DNA of 64,000 nucleotides, from NCBI GenBank assembly GCA_018266295.1, contig JAFEAQ010000011.1, positions 593,626 through 657,625 on the forward strand, written 5' to 3'. Numbering within the stretch: the stretch's first letter is position 1; every line of letters starts with the position of its first letter. The translations under genes and the position numbers were made by a program. Source of the DNA: Bdellovibrionales bacterium (GTDB taxonomy: Bacteria; Bdellovibrionota; Bdellovibrionia; Bdellovibrionales; Bdellovibrionaceae). This document shows positions 1 through 7,886 of the stretch, one piece after another. Under the pieces are notes generated by a model. That model did not search any database and was not told the origin of the DNA. It saw only the letters and a list, made by a program, of their open reading frames with translations.

Positions 1-2262
1 AATGGATCGCGCATTCGGGTCTTTGCTCCACGCCAAAGTAAGGCTGCTTGAAGTTTTATAAAAATAATTGCTGCCGGAAAGTTCAGCCTCGTTGAATTTG
101 TAGTCCTTGGTATTGGTGTAAGCACCGGATCCTGATAAGCTCACCGCAAAATTATAAAGTCCGCTTTTGTACTGGTATGGAATCACCATTAAAAGGCCCG
201 CAGTGTCTTCCTTCCACTGTGTTTTATCTTCCGTATCGAAGTCTTTAACGTTGCGTTTTCGCTCTTCAGCTTGCACAGAAAACAGCGGATAGTATTTTTT
301 AAAATCAAAACTAAAATCGACAACTGAGCCTTTTTCTTCAGGACTTGAACCAACACCGGCGCCAAGGCTCAGCGTCCGCAAGTAGTTATCTGTTTGGACT
401 CCGAGGCTGCCACCACGGCCCAACAAGAATCCCCAGGAATGGGGGATGAAAAGCTGGCGGTCCAAATCACCGTAAGGTTTCGGCTGATACTTATCGGCGT
501 TTTTTGTATACAGTGCCAATTGCTCGGGAAATTTCTGCAATGGGAACTTATTGTAATTATCCGACGGGCCGTTACCAAGATAATTGAAATCCACCAACTC
601 TGTTGCAGGTAGGGACTCGCAGGCCGCAAGCGGCGCTGACATGATCTTTGTCCCATAAAAATCCATTTCGCTATAAAAAACTTCTTTCCCATCTGTAGAG
701 GGCGTAAAGGAACTCAGCTTCGAACGCGTGCAACGGGCAACGCCATTCTCACCGAGACGGAAGATTTCATTTTGACCTTTGTACTGAGCTTCGAAGAAAA
801 GATTTCTATTTCCGTCTACGAAAATTCCATAAAGCAGGTTGCGGCTCCCCTGCAGAAAGGTCTTCCCGATTTTTTTATCTTTAAGGCTTACTTCGACGAT
901 GGATTTATAACCGGTTTTTGTCGAGACAATGGCGACCGCGTGTTCGTCATCTAAGTAGCGCGCCTCTGCCACCTTCATATCCGGCAGCGAGAACGTCTGT
1001 AAAAGATTTCCTTGAAGATCGTACTCGGAGATATTCCACGATTGGTCTTCGCGAAAATCTGTTGCAATGATTTTGTTTTCAGTCGCGTTGAAGCTAGGAT
1101 TATAAAGTCTTTGCCCGGAGGTGATTTTACTTTTCTGGCCATTCTTAAGATTGATGAGAAGCAAATCAGAACTGCTTTTGTGCGCATAGCGGGCGTCAGG
1201 TAAAAACTCCGTCGTCACGGCATGCCTCGGGCCATATGCCATCGACATAAAGTCTTTGCTGTAAACAAGCTCTGTCAGTTTTTCTGATACACCATTTTCC
1301 TCTTTCATCAGGGCCGGCGAAGAGTCTAAATCCTGGTGAATGTAATAAAGCTTATTCCCCTGTTTATAAGGCGATACGTTATCGCGATACTCCACCGGCT
1401 CCTGCCCCGGCGGCATGTCCGCCGACCATTTTTGACGAAGATCAAACATGGCTTCGCCATAAAAGGCTTCAAAGCTCTGCCCCGTCACCCGCTCGAAAGA
1501 GCTGTACAAGCGAAACGGATTTGGAAAGCGCGCGACATCGGCAATCACTCGTTGCCAAATATCATCGCCATACTTCTGAGTTGCATATGAAATCAAAGCA
1601 TAGCCGTAGACATACTGATTCGGCAGATCCGTTTTATAAGTGCCGTTCAGAAATTCATCATAAGACGGAACGCGGTCGCTCAATACCAAGGCCTTTAAAC
1701 GCGCCATAAATCTGGGTGAGCGTCCCCGGCCGGCATCCGTGTACTTGGTTTCAGCCCAAACGGCGTCCCCTTCCATGTACCACGACGGGAGCGACAAGAA
1801 GACCGCGACGACTTCCCCCATATCTCCCATAAAATAATAAAAATATCGAGTGCCGTTGCGGTTAAAGTAATCGAACTGATTAACGTGACGGTATTCATGA
1901 ATCGACAGAGTTTGATACCACTCCGTGGCGCCAACGTACGGGAAAAAGATCGAAGATGCATACCATTCACTTCGTCGCGGCGCCAATGTCACATAGCCGT
2001 TCGGCAGTGCCATCTCGGGACGGAGTATAAGATTAAATAACTTTGGCTGCTGAATACCGTAAGTCTGTCCAACAAACTGAGAGTAATGCTCCACCAGATT
2101 GGCAATATAGATAGATTCTGCCTGAAGATAGTCGGGATAAATCAAACGAACAGACTGATTTTCAATCGAGTGCCAATTTAATGACGGCGAGCTTTGCATT
2201 AAATCTAAATTCGCATGGGCAACAGAAGATCCCAATACCAAACACATCAACCAGCGTTTCAT
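1..2262 (-). CDS. Secreted HExxH zinc-metallopeptidase-like protein (peptidase-MA-like N-domain plus long beta-rich C-terminal part); 3' end runs off the left edge (partial, at least 754 aa)
   Basis: Absent from the supplied ORF track because it has no in-window stop. ATG at 2262-2260, and the frame stayed open in every segment I hand-translated, including bases 1-120. Hand translation gives signal peptide MKRWLMCLVLGSSVAHA, HEYRH at 1885-1899 and downstream WYMEGDAVWAE. All listed minus-strand ORFs in this interval are in another frame. Confidence 0.75.
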   Translation of the reverse strand, partial: MKRWLMCLVLGSSVAHANLDLMQSSPSLNWHSIENQSVRLIYPDYLQAESIYIANLVEHYSQFVGQTYGIQQPKLFNLILRPEMALPNGYVTLAPRRSEWYASSIFFPYVGATEWYQTLSIHEYRHVNQFDYFNRNGTRYFYYFMGDMGEVVAVFLSLPSWYMEGDAVWAETKYTDAGRGRSPRFMARLKALVLSDRVPSYDEFLNGTYKTDLPNQYVYGYALISYATQKYGDDIWQRVIADVARFPNPFRLYSSFERVTGQSFEAFYGEAMFDLRQKWSADMPPGQEPVEYRDNVSPYKQGNKLYYIHQDLDSSPALMKEENGVSEKLTELVYSKDFMSMAYGPRHAVTTEFLPDARYAHKSSSDLLLINLKNGQKSKITSGQRLYNPSFNATENKIIATDFREDQSWNISEYDLQGNLLQTFSLPDMKVAEARYLDDEHAVAIVSTKTGYKSIVEVSLKDKKIGKTFLQGSRNLLYGIFVDGNRNLFFEAQYKGQNEIFRLGENGVARCTRSKLSSFTPSTDGKEVFYSEMDFYGTKIMSAPLAACESLPATELVDFNYLGNGPSDNYNKFPLQKFPEQLALYTKNADKYQPKPYGDLDRQLFIPHSWGFLLGRGGSLGVQTDNYLRTLSLGAGVGSSPEEKGSVVDFSFDFKKYYPLFSVQAEERKRNVKDFDTEDKTQWKEDTAGLLMVIPYQYKSGLYNFAVSLSGSGAYTNTKDYKFNEAELSGSNYFYKTSSSLTLAWSKDPNARSI

Positions 2263-2346
2263 TCAACAGTCCCCTCAGATGAAGCTATGAATAAACGCTA
2301 TGATTTTTTAAACTTAAAATCATCTATTATCGTGATAACGCAGAAG

Positions 2347-3738
2347 CTACATTTTACTCAGCTTCTGCAAGGGTTGCTTCTGAATATCCGGCATGGGCCA
2401 TGCCTGCATCAGCACCGGCTTTTCAGGGCCGTAAAGCCTGAAAAGAGCGAACCAAGTTTTTCCCGGTCGGGTATAAATCCAATTCGCCTTTTTGTCCTTA
2501 GGCTCATGCGGGCCAAAGACGACATCGATAGTACCATCGTCATTGGCTTTTATTTTTTGATAAGAATCTATTCCCACTTTAGGTGAATTTTCAAAAAAGC
2601 CGCCCGTCTGTAAATCATAGACATTCAGAGCCCAAAAAATCTCAGACGGAACTTCAGCAGGAATCCGTAAAGAATAATTCTGCTCTCCACGCAGAACCAT
2701 TCCCTGTGCGTCTTTGAATGCTTCAAGGTATAAAGCTTTCTCGCCGAGTGTTGCCGGTGGCGCAAAAACCAAAAAGAATGCAACGGCTCGCGCGCGGTAA
2801 TCGAAAGTCTTTTCGGTTTTAAAACTAAAACGGCTTTTACTTCCCGCGATAAGGCTTTCATTCAGCCCCCAGTGTGAATTCTTAAACCAAGGGACCAACG
2901 CACCCGCAGAGCTATCTTGCAGATGCTGATGAACTTCTTTCATCGCCGCGATCAAGATCCCCGTTTGCCGATCAGGATTAAATTTTCTTCCCTTCTCAAT
3001 GCCGATCGCTTTGAAGGCTTTTGCCATTTCCGCATCTTGTGCCAATGAAGGCTCTTCGGCAAACATTCGCGCAAGACTCGTAAAGAAGTTTCGATCAAAC
3101 GAAACCAAAGCATTAAAATTTTTCTTACGAAGATCGATAAACCTGTTCATGGGCGGCTTCTTCGCTTGGCTCAAGGGATAGACTTTGATTTTGGCCGAAA
3201 GATCCATCGCCTGCTGAAACTCTTTGGCCGTGACTTCGATGGCCAACGGATCAGGAATAACGCGAAAGAGCGAGTAGCTATTAAAGGTCTCTGGCTTCAC
3301 AACCACATAACCCTTTGGTAGGGGCTTATTATAACCTGGTGGTAAAATTAAATACTTGGCGCCATCGAGATCAACATCCTCCATCGGCGTTTGCCAGGCG
3401 TTATTAATAGATCCAAAAATTTCAGCATCTTTTGATTCGGGAATTTCGACGACCACAGGACCGTTCTTGGTATTATAATTCACGTACAAAATCAGCACGC
3501 TCGAGTTCGGAGTCGTCATTTGGTTCTTAGCATCCAACGGCAGATAGACAAGATCATTGTATTTTGCGTGGGCGTCACGGAAATAGGCTTGGCGGACAAA
3601 GTCCATGGCGACCATCGGATATCCCCAGAGAGCAGCATCCACTGCTTTCTGCTGTAAACTCTCAATAGGTTTTGCAATAGCGATGGCCGAAACAAGGCCA
3701 ACAAAAATTCCCGCAAGTGCTCTTTGAAACCGCAACAT
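2347..3738 (-). CDS. DUF1254/DUF1214 domain-containing secreted protein
   Basis: Track ORF 2347..3756. Preferred ATG is 3738 (MLRFQRALAGIFVGLVSAIAIA signal peptide). The WGYPMVAMDF region is typical of DUF1254 and the C-terminal half looks DUF1214-like (family call from memory). Confidence 0.75.
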   Translation of the reverse strand: MLRFQRALAGIFVGLVSAIAIAKPIESLQQKAVDAALWGYPMVAMDFVRQAYFRDAHAKYNDLVYLPLDAKNQMTTPNSSVLILYVNYNTKNGPVVVEIPESKDAEIFGSINNAWQTPMEDVDLDGAKYLILPPGYNKPLPKGYVVVKPETFNSYSLFRVIPDPLAIEVTAKEFQQAMDLSAKIKVYPLSQAKKPPMNRFIDLRKKNFNALVSFDRNFFTSLARMFAEEPSLAQDAEMAKAFKAIGIEKGRKFNPDRQTGILIAAMKEVHQHLQDSSAGALVPWFKNSHWGLNESLIAGSKSRFSFKTEKTFDYRARAVAFFLVFAPPATLGEKALYLEAFKDAQGMVLRGEQNYSLRIPAEVPSEIFWALNVYDLQTGGFFENSPKVGIDSYQKIKANDDGTIDVVFGPHEPKDKKANWIYTRPGKTWFALFRLYGPEKPVLMQAWPMPDIQKQPLQKLSKM

Positions 3739-3843
3739 GGAGCCTCCTGGCTCCATAGGTTTTCACAAACTCACTTTGCGGCAATATGTTTTAAGACAAA
3801 ATTACATCGGAATGCTTTTATATTAATCACATATTCCACAAGG

Positions 3844-3885
3844 AAAAACGCCCGCAGTAACTTCTTCGCGAAGACACTGCGGGCG
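3844..3885 (-). terminator. Rho-independent terminator of the DUF4142 gene
   Basis: 10-bp GC-rich stem cgcccgcagt/actgcgggcg (3849-3858 / 3876-3885). On the minus strand it is followed by a U5 tract (3844-3848). It lies about 40 nt downstream of the stop at 3926. Confidence 0.7.
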
Positions 3886-3925
3886 CCAGGTGTTGTTGGT
3901 TGTTTACTGAAGCTGATTTCGCGGA

Positions 3926-4474
3926 CTATGGCTGATTCAAAGAGGCTTGGATCGCTTGAGCCTCTTTGAGGTGACTTTCCACAGCGGCGCGTGTGTCAGT
4001 CAGATAAGCTTTAACATCTGCATTTTGTGCATTAGGAATCAAAGACGTATCGAGGCTTGTCAGCAACTCTTGGTGCATCATCACCTGACCGTCAATGTAT
4101 GATTTGTCAAAGTCCGCATCTTTGGCATTTTTTAAATTATCGATCGCTGCATCGGCGTTCTTTTTAAGTTCACGGCTCGCATCGCTGTCAGCGCGGGCGA
4201 TAGAACTTTTTACTTCCGTCTCTTTGATTTTCAGATTATTAGCCGTGTGATCGGTGACCATCTTAAGGCCGAAGTCTTTAACTTCTTGTTTTTGACCTTT
4301 TGTGATTGCCACTTGACCGGCATTGATTTCAGCGTCGTTCGCTGTTGCCAAGAGACCGAGGACCTCTGCATCGCTAAGGGGTGTCGCTGGAGGTGCTGGT
4401 GGCGTTGCCGCGTGCGCTGAGAATGCCAAAGCCGTTGCTGTGATAAATCCGAAAAAACCTGTCGTGAATTTCAT
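3926..4474 (-). CDS. DUF4142 domain-containing periplasmic protein
   Basis: 182-aa ORF with signal peptide MKFTTGFFGFITATALAFSAHA. The LATANDAEINAGQVA...MVTDHT pattern is typical of DUF4142. SD AGGAGAG lies 3 nt upstream of the ATG. Confidence 0.8.
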   Translation of the reverse strand: MKFTTGFFGFITATALAFSAHAATPPAPPATPLSDAEVLGLLATANDAEINAGQVAITKGQKQEVKDFGLKMVTDHTANNLKIKETEVKSSIARADSDASRELKKNADAAIDNLKNAKDADFDKSYIDGQVMMHQELLTSLDTSLIPNAQNADVKAYLTDTRAAVESHLKEAQAIQASLNQP

Positions 4475-4477
4475 ACT

Positions 4478-4505
4478 CTCTCCTTTTTTAAAAAATTTAG
4501 GAGAG
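4478..4505 (-). promoter_or_regulatory. Hairpin pairing the SD of the DUF4142 gene with an upstream anti-SD
   Basis: On the minus-strand mRNA, CUCUCCU (4505-4499) is followed by a 14-nt A/U loop and then AGGAGAG (4484-4478), which is the SD 3 nt before ATG 4474. Seven perfect base pairs. Confidence 0.45.
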
Positions 4506-4628
4506 CTTGTGGGAAAATTTCAGGGGACGCAAATTTTCACGGACATTCTGTGATAAAACATCCGTAAATTTGTGCTAAGTCATCTTCGATATTTAGATCT
4601 CTTAACAATGCATCTTAAACACGCAGAT

Positions 4629-5663
4629 CTAAAATCCGACATAACCCAAAAGTGCTTTTGATTTCTTCGAACGAAGGGGGAAGCTCATAGAATACTCGCC
4701 GCGCTCTTTCGTGAAATCAACATAGACATCGTCGATATCCACTTTATTCCAGCTGATATCAAAATCAGTGTCCGTTGAGAAAATCACCGGAGGGACCGAG
4801 GTTATAATCAACGGCCTTTCCGCAAAAGCACGAAAGAAAAGGCTCTGAGATTTTGCCTGGGATATTTTTAATATCTCCATGGCAAGCGCGGGATTACAGG
4901 CCGATTGAATCTCTGACAAACGACGACTTTTATCATGACTGAGACACTGCAGATAATCCCGTCCCAAGATATCTTTTAACAGCATCTGACCTTGGAGCTG
5001 ACCTGACTTCAAGTCAAAGCGCAAACTCGCCGGCAAAAGAGTGTCCTCCATTCCGCCGGTTTTAAAAACACGGTCAAAGGCACTAAAGAAGCGGTAATAG
5101 TTATCCGGATTTTCGGCGTGTTCAAAATAGGCCTGGGCCGCCATCTCGAAGCGCACAACATCGGAATAGAGCTGCGAAACTCCGATCCACGAAGCTTCAT
5201 GCAACAAAAGCGCTGCTTGCTCGGTTTCTTTCTTGAGTTCATAGAAAGTCGGAAAAAGCGCCGTGATCTGCTGGCTCGGGCTTGTCACCGCAAAAAGCAC
5301 CAGCGACGACTCCGGCACACCTGCTAAATGAGAATATTCTTTTAATAAAGTACTGAGTTGCTCCGCGCTCAGTTTGCTCTGATCCAACTTATAGTAACTA
5401 CGCATCTGAGTCGGATAGACCAGCGAAAGCATGTGATAGCGATTTTTCGCCGACATCGGCCAACTCATAATCTGATCTGTAAGGTACTTCATCCCCGGAA
5501 TCTCCGCAGCCATTAACTCGGTCGGCACCACCGGCACCTTTGCAGAGTAAAACGTCAGATATCCACCGTTGGCTTTGATACCGCCGCCGGCGTTCGGCAG
5601 TTCTTGCCAGCTCCAGCCGTTCATCGTCGCCAAGAAAACCCCGAGGAAAAAGAAGTACTTCAT
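4629..5663 (-). CDS. Hypothetical secreted protein, translationally coupled to the upstream TIGR02147 gene
   Basis: 344-aa ORF with N-terminal signal-like MKYFFFLGVFLATMNGWS. Its ATG overlaps the upstream stop as ATGA (5660-5663). No family recognised. Confidence 0.7.
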   Translation of the reverse strand: MKYFFFLGVFLATMNGWSWQELPNAGGGIKANGGYLTFYSAKVPVVPTELMAAEIPGMKYLTDQIMSWPMSAKNRYHMLSLVYPTQMRSYYKLDQSKLSAEQLSTLLKEYSHLAGVPESSLVLFAVTSPSQQITALFPTFYELKKETEQAALLLHEASWIGVSQLYSDVVRFEMAAQAYFEHAENPDNYYRFFSAFDRVFKTGGMEDTLLPASLRFDLKSGQLQGQMLLKDILGRDYLQCLSHDKSRRLSEIQSACNPALAMEILKISQAKSQSLFFRAFAERPLIITSVPPVIFSTDTDFDISWNKVDIDDVYVDFTKERGEYSMSFPLRSKKSKALLGYVGF

Positions 5664-6454
5664 TGCCTATCCTTTGTGTTTTCGAAAAAACAAACCGAGA
5701 GCGTATAGACCGCATCTTTGTCATCATCAGCACCGAGTTCTTCCGCTAGCTGACGGCGGAAATGACGGATGCGCTCTTTCGCCAGGGCGATTTTCTTTTT
5801 ACTCAACGCCATGGTGACGACTGAAAACTCACGCTGATTCAGCTCTTGATCCTCGATGGCCTCCGCTGCCTGTTCTAGGACGGTTCTGTAGTGTTGGCGG
5901 ATGGTCGCGGACGGAATATCCTGGGCCGCCGTGTGGTTTGCAACCACTTCATAGCGGTCTTCGTTTCGCGTAATGAATCCTTTGTTCAGTAAAAACTCGA
6001 GCGCTTCGCCGATTTTCACTCTCGACATGCCCAGACGCCGACCCAAGGTAAGCGCCGAGTGATCTTTCAAGCGCGTCGACAGAAGCTCCATCAGCGGTAG
6101 ATAATGCCATTCCGAAAGCAGATTCAATTGTTCAGGCTTCAGCACCTTCACATTGGCGAAACGGGTTTTAAGACGATTTTCAGCCAGACGCTTTGCCGGC
6201 CCGGTTCCCGCACACTCGATTTCAACCAAATCTAGAAAGAGTTCGCTGTCGTTGCCCTTGAGATCAAGCTTTTCAACGAGAGTCGCCGCGCGATCGGTAG
6301 ATAGCTGGCTTTTCGCTCTTAAGATGTCACTGAGATGTGTGCTGGAAAGTCCCAGATCACGGGCGAAAGCGCGCAAAGAATATGCTGAGTTCTTTGCCTG
6401 ACGCCTTTTAAATTCTGTCTGGAGAATTGTGCGATAATTGAGATCAAGAAGCAT
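5660..6454 (-). CDS. TIGR02147 family protein (DUF4423, HTH-like N-terminus)
   Basis: 264 aa. The N-terminus YRTILQTEFKRRQAKNSAYSLRAFARDLGLSSTHLSDILRAKSQLS matches the TIGR02147 pattern as I remember it. Same architecture as ORF 50350..51201. Confidence 0.7.
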   Translation of the reverse strand: MLLDLNYRTILQTEFKRRQAKNSAYSLRAFARDLGLSSTHLSDILRAKSQLSTDRAATLVEKLDLKGNDSELFLDLVEIECAGTGPAKRLAENRLKTRFANVKVLKPEQLNLLSEWHYLPLMELLSTRLKDHSALTLGRRLGMSRVKIGEALEFLLNKGFITRNEDRYEVVANHTAAQDIPSATIRQHYRTVLEQAAEAIEDQELNQREFSVVTMALSKKKIALAKERIRHFRRQLAEELGADDDKDAVYTLSVCFFENTKDRQ

Positions 6455-6532
6455 GGTTCTTCATCCATGCCTCTAAAGATCTTGTCAAATAGTAAGGATT
6501 TTAGACTGTTCCGCGAATACCCGGCTTCGCTG

Positions 6533-7381
6533 TTAGCCGGCTTCGCTTCGGGCCACATAATCGAACATCTCTTTACGGCCTTTATAGCTGCACTTACCGC
6601 TGCTACTGCAGCTGCGGGTCGCGCACTTGCCGCGAAGGATTTCGGGCGCAGAGGAATCGTTTTTCGCAACACAGACTTTTTTAAATCCTTCGTCGCCTTT
6701 AACGCTCGCAATGGCACGAGCTGCCGCAGATGGTGCCGTGACTTTCTTCTTAGATGGTTTTGCCGGTTTTAAGGCAATCGACATAGCCGGGGCTGCGGCT
6801 TCTTCCTCGGTGAACTTTGGTACCGGAGTCGGAGTGGCTTCTACAACCACCTTTTTCTCAGGCAGTGGTGGCAAAACCGCAGAAGGATCCGTGTCCACTT
6901 CACTCGCAGATGCCGTCGAATCAGCCGCTGCGACCGCAGCAGGCGCGGCGGCTGGAGCTGGAGTCGCGACATTCGCAGCGGATTTTGCAGCTTTTGTTTT
7001 TAATTTCTTTTCCTTTGCCGAGTGTCTCTTAGGAGACGGTGCCGAGTCCCCGTCCGCAAACATATTTGAAGTCACGAGTTCGGCATATTGCTCAAGCACG
7101 CGAATATCGCCCTTGACTGAGCAATCAGTGTTGGAGCCCTCAGAGCAGATTTTTTCAACGCACTTTCCGCGCAGCACAGGATTGGCTTCACGGTTCTGTG
7201 TACCAATACAACGAGTGACGACGATTCTCGAGTCATCATTCACCCGCTGAGCCTTACAAATTTTTGTCTGGTCTTCGCCGTCGCTAAAGCAGCTCGGCAC
7301 CACTTCCGCGGCTCTTTTAGGCGTAAAAAGCGAACAGGCCGATAAGCCTAAACTTAAGGCAATAAGTAGTGTGTATTTCAA
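6533..7381 (-). CDS. Lipoprotein with Ala/Pro/Lys-rich linker and a duplicated Cys motif
   Basis: TTG start at 7381 with AGGAG 7 nt upstream. Lipobox LSLGLSAC. The LRGKC-x4-C-x-6/8-CSxKG motif is present twice. Confidence 0.7.
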   Translation of the reverse strand: MKYTLLIALSLGLSACSLFTPKRAAEVVPSCFSDGEDQTKICKAQRVNDDSRIVVTRCIGTQNREANPVLRGKCVEKICSEGSNTDCSVKGDIRVLEQYAELVTSNMFADGDSAPSPKRHSAKEKKLKTKAAKSAANVATPAPAAAPAAVAAADSTASASEVDTDPSAVLPPLPEKKVVVEATPTPVPKFTEEEAAAPAMSIALKPAKPSKKKVTAPSAAARAIASVKGDEGFKKVCVAKNDSSAPEILRGKCATRSCSSSGKCSYKGRKEMFDYVARSEAG

Positions 7382-7484
7382 TGAGTGCTCCTGCTGAGGT
7401 CCTTCACTATTGCACCAAGAAAGTGTTTATCGGTAAAGCGACGAGTGCGTCCTGTCCAAAAATGAAACAAGAATTCTGTACGCT

Positions 7485-7790
7485 CTACTTGGTAGAAACA
7501 ACCAGCTCGAGCAAGCCCGGAAATCTCTTTTTGAGCTCCGTGGTTCGGAGCGAAGTCATACGGCGGGTGCCCTCCTGCCGAGTCCGAATAACGCCGGCCT
7601 CCCGCAGGATTTGCAGGTGATGCGAGAAGGTCGCTTTGGTAATTGTATAGTCGAAGGTGCCGCAGGCTTTCTCTTCGTCAGGGGCGGTCAGTAGCTGCTT
7701 TACAATAGAGATACGCACAGGATCGCCGAGAGCTTTCAGGACCTGTTCCAAAGTAATACTTTTTAAGTTCGGATGACTAATAGTTTCCAT
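7485..7790 (-). CDS. ArsR/SmtB family transcriptional regulator
   Basis: LKALGDPVRISIVKQLL ... FSHHLQILREAGVIRTRQEGTRR is a winged-HTH signature. The track ORF extends to a TTG at 7811. ATG 7790 is preferred, but the start is uncertain. Confidence 0.85.
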   Translation of the reverse strand: METISHPNLKSITLEQVLKALGDPVRISIVKQLLTAPDEEKACGTFDYTITKATFSHHLQILREAGVIRTRQEGTRRMTSLRTTELKKRFPGLLELVVSTK

Positions 7791-7810
7791 TGTTAGATAA
7801 ATATCTAACA
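7791..7810. promoter_or_regulatory. Candidate ArsR operator (9-2-9 perfect palindrome)
   Basis: tgttagata-aa-tatctaaca sits directly upstream of ATG 7790 in the ArsR/MFS divergent region. The related half-site tctaaca recurs in the palindrome cttgt-cta-acaag at 7860-7872. Confidence 0.5.
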
Positions 7811-7886
7811 ATCTTCTTGCCCTTTTTCAAGCCCGGGATTAAGTTTTTATTGTTCGATGCTTGTCTAACAAGCTGAAAGGCTCAAT

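Noticed and set aside
6627-7250. 207-aa Ala/Gly/Ser-rich plus-strand ORF
   Set aside because: It is a shadow ORF opposite the low-complexity Ala/Pro linker of the lipoprotein gene 6533..7381, which has an SD, a lipobox and a duplicated Cys module.
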